In this document: positions 12,894-23,052 of the stretch, one piece after another
How positions within the stretch are numbered: the stretch's first letter is position 1
How the letters are laid out: each line of letters begins with the position of its first letter
DNA from: Balanoglossus misakiensis
Lineage: Eukaryota; Animalia; Hemichordata
Reading direction: 5' to 3'
Length of the DNA stretch: 64,000 nucleotides
Assembly: GCA_040954595.2 (NCBI GenBank)
Contig: CM082590.2
Coordinates: 9,884,088-9,948,087 of the forward strand
Translations under genes and position numbers: made by a program
Notes under the pieces: generated by a model
The model's database searches: none
Seen by the model: the letters and a program-made list of their open reading frames with translations, nothing else
Told to the model about the DNA's origin: nothing

Positions 12894-14905
12894 ATTCATC
12901 CACATATCCATCCATCCAAGTTTCCCATTCAAATGATGATGTAGCAAATCACAGGAATTCCCCTCGTTGTATTTGCGAGCAACATTCCCCCGCCCAGATC
13001 ATTAAAATATGCTCACCGATGAAGAATTATGACAAACTACGACACGGGGGCGCGTGCCAACACATATATTTGATTTTGACGTGAACGACAGGCGCGTTCT
13101 GAAGACAAATATACCGCTTTTCTTAATCAAACAGAGAGGTAAAATAACACGTTATTTTCATTTTCGGGCGTACAGGGCACGCTTTTATAGAGTTCGTGTA
13201 TTCTATGCACGTAACGGTCGGTAGTGTTGGATTGTATTGCTTGCTGAGTAAATAGTCCGGGTTGGGCAGTGACTGGTACGCCACGGTGTCCGCGTAGGCC
13301 GTCACGTCTTCCGCGGATTACTGAAAGAGCGCACTCGAGATTCAAATGTCGCTTTGAAAAGGGGGAAAACAGTGCCAATCACACTTCAGAACCTACGATA
13401 GCTTGCTCAGCGGCACCGTGGATTGGGCTTAAACGTTCACAGGCAAACCCGTGTTTCGGTGACTTTGACATTGTGTTTTAAGTGAGTTTACCTGATATCA
13501 AACGAAAATCACGCGCACTATCAGATCAAAATAAAATGTATCTATACATGCCATCTTTTACTTGCGAATAAAATTTCCTGTTTGATCAAAAATACGATTT
13601 TTGTCGTGGATAAGATAATTTCACTTTCAATCTAGCGGCCATTTTAACTGCTGGTGTTTTTACAACTGTGAGATAAGCGAGACGACAGAGGTCATATGTC
13701 AAGGGTCATCTGTGTATTATCAGATCGACTGTACCTTTCCTTTTTTTCCATATCTGCTTTCATTTGAGAATGAATTTTACAATAACAAACTCGGTGCACT
13801 GGTATTACTTTAATCTTTCGGGAACACCCCTTCTGTTGCTTTTCCGCAGATTTATCCAATTTGCATTTATGCAAATAGAAATTCTTAGTAACAGATCGCC
13901 TGATTGGCTAGGCATCTCCTAAAATACTTTTTTTGGCCAATAGCAGATCACCTTTGAAGCAAATTTCATTCTTCACACTTTCTTGTAAATTGAAACGCGC
14001 TACTTAAACTAGTTTCAATGCAAATTTGCTACCGTGAAGAAGCACGTAAATTAACGGCGCACATCAGCAATGACTGGTTCAAGTAAATTATTTAGAGATT
14101 CAATCGAACTTCTCGGATCATTTGATCTAGAGCATGTCCCATTGACCACAATTCTACCCTGCACTACACGGTCTCCATGTTATTGATCCATCGGCGCCCG
14201 CAACGTTAATGATTATTGTTGGCCAGACTCTCCATTCACTTGTAAACTTAAGTCTAACTACGTTTTTTTCTCATGTACATAAAAGTTCAGGTTTACTGAG
14301 TAATGGTTTCGTACATGTAATAAAACAAGAACATACACAAAATGAAACAAGTCAATAACAAATCAGCCATGTTGGATTGTGTCCACCACCAAAAAATTAA
14401 AACGTTTCCAAAATTTACTATAAAGTTACATATTTGTCCAAGCAACCCAAGGGCAATTGACATGGCAATGCAAATTAGATGACCAGCAGCCGTATTGGAT
14501 CGTACCACAAAACCAATTCGGGTAAGTTATATAGATAACATTAGTTGAATAGAATCCTTAGTATGTATTATTTTTTCCTTATATAATTGATACTTTTGGT
14601 ATTATAAGAGGTATCCGTAATTATTAGTTATAGTTATTAAGTTAACTTTTAGATTTCTTTGCCATTTTTTCTTGATAATTATCGTCGTTCTTAATGTTGA
14701 TTAGCCAATATAAATACTAATTTTTATATCATTTATGGCCTTGAAAGTAATTTAAGACTAAGCCGTTTTATTACTGGGGGCTTAGTAGTTTGCCCTGTCT
14801 GTTCCAATATTGATGTGCGCATGACTGGACAGACTGCAGTCTCTGGCCATCTTGCCGCATGGCTGGTCTTTTATCAAACTACCAAATTAGATTAATCAAC
14901 AGAAG

Positions 14906-15101
14906 TAAGGAGAGAACCATTTCATTTCTGGGGGTGGATGATTTTTAATGGGGGGTTATTGGCAACTGGTGTGGAGGAAAGATCTCTTCTGTAATGCATT
15001 GGGGACAAATTTAAGACTGGCAATAAAAAATGCTGTAACCGTGGCTGACAAAATGTCTGACATACCAAAATCCCCCCAAGAAATCAATGGGGCTCCCCTA
15101 A
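14906..15101. mobile_element. Degenerate MITE, possibly PIF/Harbinger-type
   Basis: Imperfect ~27-bp TIRs (ggagagaaccatttcatttctggggg / cccccaagaaatcaatggggctcccc), flanked by TAA on both sides. Confidence 0.55.
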
Positions 15102-16909
15102 GAATGAGCCTGTCACATTTTCACCGCCAGCACGACTTCGTGCTCAAATTTGCCCGTTCCAAATCAGTAATTTGGAAATTGGTTATTCACGACGTTTTGA
15201 CTCACCTTTCAGGAAGGCTCAAGTCAGTCAGTCGGTGTGTCAAATACTGAATGTGATATAGTTATCAATATGAGTTTAGATTATGTGGAAATTACCTGTA
15301 GATTGACAAAAACCTTCCTGTACAAATTATCAATATTCTAATGTATTTAATGACAACGGGTGTTATTTGTAAACAATAGAATTAGGCGCTGTGGATATTT
15401 CATCATTCTCTGAGATTAACAACTACTTTTTCTTTTGTTCTCCGCAAAGCATTTGAAACTCCCAGATTTCCGCGTCACAGTTATCGTTAGCATTGTGTTT
15501 GAAGACAACGACGCTGTATATCAAACAACAAACAGATGGTGCTGTCCAGCGTGGCGAATATTTCAACATGCTTTATCGAGGAGAAGGGAAAAAACCATGA
15601 ACTGGTTTATTTAAGAGCCTTAGAAATAAAACCTTGCCACGGTAGAAGAATGCTCAAATAAGGACAATTCCTTTCCTCGTTAGTCACGTGATATTCAAGG
15701 AACTGGGACACGTTAAACTACCTCTCGTAATCTTTTTTATTTATTTCTCCCAAATGTATAAGAAACGCGGTTTTATCAGCTTGTATTCGTGAGGTGCGTT
15801 TTATCAGTTTATGTTTTTTTTTTCAAATATACTTCCGATCACGATTTAGCGTCGACTTTCGCGTTACTCTGGTTCACCTGAAGGGTATCACTTTTTGTTT
15901 GAGAGCAAAATAAACACTACGATAAAAATCAAACAAAAATTACGGGTAACCACAAAGTGGTTCAGATATATCCACACTGCCCGACTAATTGTACTTTAAT
16001 ATGACCTTATGCACGACTTCTGGTTAGAGTTTTCAACATATATCACCTGGAACCCTTATGCATTGATATGCCGTTTGGAAATTAAAATCAAAAATGTTTT
16101 TCAGTTCAATTACTCCTGATTTAAACAATAAATTAAAACGGATATCATGTGCTCTCCATCACTCAAAAAATAAGTTCAGGTCTACTGCCGCGGCTGTTCT
16201 GAACACAGAGCTTCTACTTTCGCCTGACCGGGTGAACGCGAAGTGAATTAGAAGATGCGATATAGACACAAGTAGGGTCTGTGACGTTGATCAATTCGGA
16301 CTGTTCAGACTGTCAGCGACACAAAGTCAAGTTGTTTGGACAGCAGACATGGCTTTGATTACGTCCCGCTAGACTCTAGGCAAATATTTCGCTCTTGATG
16401 TGTCAAGTGATTGCAGTGAACACTGAACACTTGGTATTCTCGAAACTTTGCTTTGGCACATTACTGCCTTGGACGAAGTGCTAGATAAAACTACAGCCAT
16501 TGAGTGATTGGACGATAGCCCCCTTGACAACCTACACCAAACCAATATTGGAGATGGGAATGGTTGTCTGCAGTGGTATTTATAGGTCCTGGCAGCTGTG
16601 ATACCCATGTGCACAAAAATCAGAACTCTGGCACTTTTAGAACAGGTAGTTTAAGATTTATAGCGATAAAAGAAGGTTCTAAAAACAGGGTCAAAGGTCA
16701 TGTGAAAATTGTCAAAATTTTTGTAACATATGCTTGACATATGACGACTCGTATTCATAAAAAGAATTTGGCTGCTATCAGTTTTTAGACTAGAAAAGGG
16801 AATTTTAATTTTTCATTGGTTTTCACAAAATCCAATATGGCCGCCATAATCTTCGACCAATCACAACGCTTCTAGCAAACTTGATAGACATTACATATGT
16901 GACTACAAA

Positions 16910-17870
16910 CCCTAAAGCCCGCGAGTCGGTTATCGCCGGTTCTGGAGAAGAAGATTTTTTAATAATTTTACTTAATTTTTCAAAAATCCAATATGGCGGC
17001 CAAAGTCACATGACTGCTCGGGAAATTATTGTCACATTTTGAAGGCCAGAAGACATGTGAACCATGCACCAAATAAGAACTTGGTTGGGCCTGTGGTTTT
17101 TGAGAAGCAGCCCTTTAGACGTTTTCAGGAAATCGAATACAGCCATCAGGTCACGTGACTAATTAAATATTCACGAGTCACAGCATGTCTACACATTTGC
17201 CCCTATCACCCTACAAAGTTTCAGCTAGGTGGGTGCTGTGGTTCTGGAGAAGAACATTTTTGAAAATTTTACTGTGATTTTTAAAAATCAAATATGGCGG
17301 CCAAAGTCACATGACCACTCGGGAAATTATTGTCAAATTTTGAAGGGCAAAGGACATGTGTACCCTGCACCAAATTTGAACTTGGTTGGGCTTGTGGTTT
17401 TTGAGAAGTAGCCTTTCAAATGTTTTCAGGAAATCGAATACAGCCATCAGGTCACGTGACTAATTAAATATTCACAAGTCACAGCACATCTACTCATTGG
17501 CCCCTATCACCGTACCAAGTTTCAGCCAGGTGGGTGGTGCGGTTCTGGAGAAGAAGATTTTTGAAAATTTTACTGTTTTTTTAGATAATCAAATATGGCG
17601 GCCAAAGTCACATGACCACTCGTGAAATTATTGTCAAATTTTGAAGGGTAAAGTATATGTGTACCATGCACCAAATTTGAACTTGGTTGGGCTTGTAGTT
17701 TTCGAGAAGCAGCCCTTTAAACGTTTTCAGGAAATCGAATACAGCCATCAGGTCACGTGGCTAATTAAATATTCACAAGTAACAGCACATCTACTCATTG
17801 GCCCCTATCACCGTACCAAGTTTCAGCCAGGTGGGTGCTGCGGTTTTTGAGATAAATGAAAAAGAAATAT
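16910..17870 (+). repeat. Left arm: ~3 copies of a 301-bp unit (156+145-bp related monomers)
   Basis: atatggcggc at 16991, 17292, 17593; gtcacgtg at 17150, 17451, 17752. Confidence 0.95.
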
Positions 17871-17925
17871 AAAATCAGAAAAACATATTTTTTCCAGAAT
17901 ACCGGTTTTTCCAGAGTACCGGTTC

Positions 17926-18204
17926 TACTCTGCACTCAACGGGAGGAATGGTCACTGTCCCCGCCTGGCTGGTTGGGAAGTGCACGTTCCCTTGTTCGGC
18001 CGTTTGGCTCTTCTACGGCGACGGGAGCTCAGGATTCTACCAGGCCTGGTCGCACCATCTCCCGCCGAACGGGGAGGGAAAAACCCGTACAGGGACAGGT
18101 TCGACTCCAGGACACCGACGCCCTCCAAACTAAACTCGGCGGGGCCAGAGCCAAACCGCCCGGGAAATCCCGCCGAGGAGGCCCGTATGCCATACGCCGA
18201 GGTC
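17926..18204 (+). other. GC-rich (~64%) self-complementary core with Pol III B-box-like motif
   Basis: GGTTCGACTCC at 18098-18108; 13/14-bp, 9-bp and 7-bp complementary segments; T7 run at 18208-18214. Function unknown. Confidence 0.45.
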
Positions 18205-18378
18205 ATATTTTTTTCAGAAAGTCATTTAAATGACTTTCTGAAAAAAATATTTTTTCCAGAAAGTCATTTAAATGACTTTCAGAAAAAAATATTTTTTCCA
18301 GAAAGTCATTTAAATGACTTTCTGAAAAAAATATTTTTTCCAGAATCTCATTTAAATGACTTTCTGGAAAAAATATTT
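18205..18378. repeat. 42-bp palindromic tandem repeat x4
   Basis: ATTTAAAT centres at 18224, 18266, 18308, 18350; 18205-18250 is a perfect 46-bp palindrome. Confidence 0.97.
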
Positions 18379-19768
18379 CTTTTGCATTATCTCAAAAACC
18401 GCTGCACCCACCTGGCTGAAACTTGGTACGGTGATAGGAGCCAATGAGAAGATGTGCTGTAACTTGTGAATATTTAATTAGTCACGTGACCTGATGGCTG
18501 TATTCGATTTCCTGAAAATCTTTTGAAAGGCTACTTCTCAAAAACCGCAGCACCCACCTGGCTGAAACTTGGTACGGTGATAGGGGCCAATGAGAAGTTG
18601 TGCTGTGACTTGTGAATATTTAATTAGTCACGTGACCTGATGGCTGTATTCGATTTCCTGAAAACATTTCAAAGGCTACTTCTCAAAAACCGTAGCACCC
18701 ACCTGGCTGAAACTTGGTACGGTGATAGGGGCCAATGAGAAGTTGTGCTGTGACTTGTGAATATTTAATTAGTCACGTGACCTGATGGCTGTATTCGATT
18801 TCCTGAAAACATTTGAAAGGCTACTACTCAAAAACCGCAGCACCCACGTGGCCGAAACTTGGTACGGTGATAGGGGCCAATGAGAAGTTGTGCTGTCACT
18901 TGTGAATATTTAATTAGTCACGTGACCTGGTGGCTGTATTCGATTTCCTGAAAACTTATGAAGGGCTGCTTCTCAAAAACCACAAGCCCAACCAAGTTCA
19001 AATTTGGTGCATGGTACACATGTCTTTTGCCCTTCAAAATTTGACTATAATTTCCCGAGTTGTCATGTGACTTTGGCCGCCATATTGGATTTTTAAAAAT
19101 CACAGTAAAACTTTCAAAAATCTCCTTCTCCAGAACCACAGCACCCACCTGGCTGAAACTTGGTACGGTGATAGGGGCCAATGAGTAGATGTGCTGTGAC
19201 TTGTGAATATTTAATTAGTCACGTGACCTGATGGCTGTATTCGATTTCCTGAAAACATTTGAAAGGATACTTCTCAAAAACCACAAGCCCAGCCAAGTTC
19301 AAATTTGGTGCATGATACACATGTCCTTTGCCCTTCAAAATTTGACAATAATTTCCCGAGTGGTCATGTGACTTTGGCCGCCATATTGGATTTTTAAAAA
19401 TCACAGTAAAACTTTCAAAAATCTCCTTCTCCACAACTACAGCACCCACCTAGCTGAAACTTGGTAGAGTGATAGGGGAAAATGTGTAGACATGCTGTGA
19501 CTCGTGAATATTTAATTAGTCACGTGATCTGACTGTTATATTTGATTTTCTCGAAACGTTTGAAGGGCTGCTTCTCAAAAATCACGGGGCCAACGAAGTT
19601 CAAATGTGGTGCATGGTACACATGTCCTATGCCCTTCGAAGTTTAACAATAAATTCCCGAGAGGTCATGTGACTTTGGCCGCCATATTGGATTTTCTAAA
19701 AATTACAATATCATTTTCAAAAATCATCTTCTCCAGAACCGACGATAACAGAAGCGCGGGATTTAGGG
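18373..19768 (-). repeat. Right arm: 145-bp monomers followed by 301-bp units, inverted relative to the left arm
   Basis: gtcacgtga at 18481, 18627, 18772, 18917, 19218, 19519 (steps 146, 145, 145, 301, 301). Confidence 0.95.
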
Positions 19769-20017
19769 AAATCATGATCGAGTGGCGTGATTTCACTTAA
19801 CAAGGTCAAGGTTAAGTGCAGTGCTACAGCAAAGGGGTGGTCAGTGTTGATGCCATTGAGTTGTACATCATGTGTGGATGGAATGATTGATGGATGGATG
19901 GACGTGTGAGGCATGATGAAGAAATAGCGGAGGAAATTGTTCAAGTACATGTCTACTAGGCAAAGACGCGCACTTGCAGGCTATATATTCATAAGAAAAA
20001 CATCCTTAGTGGGGCAG

Positions 20018-20114
20018 AAAGAGGGGAAGGGCAAAGAGAGAGAGAGAGGGGGGGAGAGAGGGACAGAAAGAGAGAGAGAGGGGGGGGAGAGAGAGAGAAT
20101 GAGAGAGAGAGAAT

Positions 20115-20168
<54 letters not shown>
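20018..20168. repeat. (GA)n polypurine microsatellite
   Basis: Seen directly. Confidence 0.95.
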
Positions 20169-20170
<2 letters not shown>

Positions 20171-22906
20171 AACAAACATACTGACAGACAGTCACCCAGA
20201 CAAATACAATTTAGTTAGGGTTGTTCTGTCCCTATGAAGTGGTACAGGAAGCCAAACTACAACGATGATGAGGAGATTGGAATGATTTCATGTACGCGTG
20301 GAAATGACAAGATAAATATATTTCGGGGATAGGTGAAAAGTGAATAGTTAGGCGGATATAAATTGAAATGAAGATGTATAGAATTGATGCATAATATGGA
20401 TTGCTAGTTGTATCGATGGAAAGTTGAATTGATGGATGAGTGATGTTGTATTGTTCGGGTGAAAGACTTACTGGCTAGGTAGAGAGATGGATAAGCCTGA
20501 TAAAGAATCGCATATTAGGTTGTGAAATTGACTCAGAATCATAAACAACTGAAAGTCTGAACTAGGAAAATGAAAGTATATGTTTTCATGGGCTATTAGC
20601 TGCAACATTTAATATCCCTTTGTTCTTTGTTTCAAATGCAGATTGTTCTTCTTTCAATTTCGATTTTTTTTGACATGGCCACTATTTACATTTTTGCAAA
20701 TATTAAATTCGCTAAAATTTACAACAATTGCCATTGTACAGGATATTGAATCAATTTCTTCATAGTTTAGTGCTCGATGTCTAACATTTATCTCCCTAGA
20801 CACAGAACAACAACAACAACAACAAATCAACAACAAAGCAGCTCAGGTCAGTTCTGAAAATAGAGTTTGTAAAGTATACACTCTTGCTCGAAAGTTGACA
20901 ATAACTTTCTGCTTCCAACTTGCAAGAAGGGCAGCATCCACCAAACAAACAAACAAGCAGATAATCAACAGCCAGACAAAGAGATTGGACAGTGAAAGAC
21001 ATGCTGGAACTCTTTGTTATCTCTTCACAACACAACGCCTAAAATTGCCCCAAGCAAACTGACAAAAGAATAAAATATGGAAAATCATTTGCAGCGTCAT
21101 CTGTTCAACGCCGGCAATATTCGATGAGATGGATTCGTGCTATTGTTTAATAACACAATTAAGTATGGAAAACAATGTTTTCAAACCGATTTATTATATT
21201 TAATCTCATTCTGAGAATGGATCTGAAAGGACTGATATAAAATACTTAGGTAAACGTAATTTAGAATCGGGGAAAGAAATCTCAATCAAGACCGTCAGGT
21301 CTCTTTAGTTATTGATCGAGAAAAGATAAAAATTCGGAAAACACAAACAAGTTTGTTCATTTTTTCCCGGTTATTTACAAAGGCCAAAACGTGAACGTTT
21401 GTAGATGATGCACAGTGTGAATATTTCAGATGTGGCATGGTCGAGAGAGGACTAGAACATGTCTAGAGAACGGCGAATGAGAAATGTTGCAGGGATTATT
21501 TTAGAAACAAGAATTAAGATTTTTTGACATTCGTGGCTAATATTTCTTTGTTCCTCGAGGAGAACAGTAAACGAGCATTGTGTGGAACACAACAGAACAA
21601 AAATATATGACCAATATAGAACAATTAGGAAAATGACACGGTTAACGCAGACTAAGATAAGTGGTCTTAATAATTGACACGGTTTATATTCCAGCAAACA
21701 TTGTGTTCATCCTTTGGCCTTGATGTTGAAAACGAAGGTCACTGGTGGATTACCAATATTGACTTTGCCACCCTTGGCGTCTAATTAATACTTTCTGTCA
21801 CATACATGTGACGGTGGAGTGTAAACCCAAAGCAGGGACAGAAACGAAATCATGGTGGCGCCCATCTCCTGTTCGCTCCACTCCGCCATGATTGGGCGAG
21901 GTGACACCACAGTGACCCACTTCTGCGCGCTACAACGACCCCTGTCATTTTTGGACAGGATCCCACTCTACAGAACAGGCACAAGCAGAAACGCTGTTTT
22001 GCATCAGTGGCTTAAGATGACGCTACTACTTTAAGAATACAGCACGATGTTAAAAGGAGAACAAATCCGATCCATTTAGGGAACATGCGTTAATTTTTGC
22101 ATTTGATCTATAAAAGGAAGTTTTGTCATGGACGTCCATGATTTTGTACCTTGAAAATGTGTGTCTACACTATCATTTTCAGGGTGAAGTTTGGGGAAAA
22201 CCACCCGTTGTTTGTATAAATGTGCAAAGTTCTTTCAACTCTAATCTACTGACATTAGAAATGTGCTGCCAATCGAATAATCTGTCAAAATTAATCAATT
22301 AAATCTGCATCAGGTTGATAACCGAGAATATTGAATTTAATGAAAAAAAGAAAGTTCACAATTTTCCCCTGTCTTGCTGACTACACATGCATCAGCGATA
22401 CAGTCATTGTGCATCAATTTCGAACGAAGGAACCCGGATACTAAGTTATTAAAGCGATCCACATGTCGTTGAACCTTCTACCAATTAGCCGGCCAGCCAA
22501 ACCAAACCACTCGATTACAACATGACCTTCTAGGTTCCCTATATTGGTCTCCTGACAGCATCCATTCGCATTACATGTACTTTAATGGGTTCTACTTTGC
22601 AGCGAACACCAAAATCTACATCTGGTCAACCGACCGACCAACCCAACAACCAAGAGAATTCGACCACCAGACAACATAAGTATATACGTTTCAAATTAAA
22701 AACCACTGACTGGGACAAAGCCCTTGGAGCAATGTACAGTTGTCCTGTCATGAAATGCAGAACTTCTGAGAGGGGAAATGTTTACAGTTAGTTGCATGTC
22801 ACTTTGTCGCTTCCACGTGTTGCATACTTACAAATTTGTTTCCTAATAACACAGACAAAAGAAGTTCCATAAAAAGAGGAGCAACAAAACCAATGTTGCC
22901 AAATGG

Positions 22907-23052
22907 TTTGAATGACGTTGGCCAAGCATATTAATCAAATTGTATCCAAAAAGTATAAATCTGGTTACACTTTGAATGCTTTGAATGGCGTTGGTCAAGT
23001 ATATTAATCAAATTGTATCCAAAAAGTATAAATCTGGTTACATTTTGAGTGA
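22907..23052. repeat. ~73-bp tandem duplication
   Basis: tttgaatg.cgttgg.caag.atattaatcaaattgtatccaaaaagtataaatctggttaca occurs twice. Confidence 0.92.

Larger units (their letters stand above)
16910..19768. mobile_element. Foldback-like element: long inverted arms of tandem repeats around a ~500-bp core
   Basis: Outer ends ccctaaagcccgcg..gttatcgccggttctggagaag / cttctccagaaccgacgataac..cgcgggatttaggg are inverted copies, as are the inner ends cggtttttgagataa..aaaagaaatat (17870) / atatttctttt..ttatctcaaaaaccg (18373). No transposase seen; the inverted structure is certain, mobility is inferred. Confidence 0.7.

Noticed and set aside
18017-18115. tRNA gene suggested by GGTTCGACTCC
   Set aside because: The T-stem is mismatched and no acceptor or anticodon stems form; kept only as a B-box.
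17980-18447. 155-aa ORF with (IFFPESHLNDFLKK)4 repeats, and the overlapping 84-aa minus-strand ORF
   Set aside because: The peptide repeat is just the translated 42-bp palindrome; GC-rich DNA leaves frames open; no recognisable domain.
18481-18520. Hammerhead-like CTGATGG...GAAA in the repeat monomers
   Set aside because: The core is CUGAUGG rather than CUGANGA, and no stem II can form.
16910-19768. CRISPR-like reading of the repeat arrays
   Set aside because: Units are contiguous with no unique spacers, there are no cas genes, and the context is eukaryotic.
16376-19964. ctaggcaaa on both sides as a 9-bp TSD of the foldback element
   Set aside because: It is hundreds of bases from the arm ends with no TIR beside it; such a match is expected by chance.
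12680-20168. (CT)n+(CCAT) and (GGAT)+(GA)n tracts as an outer inverted pair around the foldback element
   Set aside because: Low-complexity similarity only, with very unequal distances from the element.
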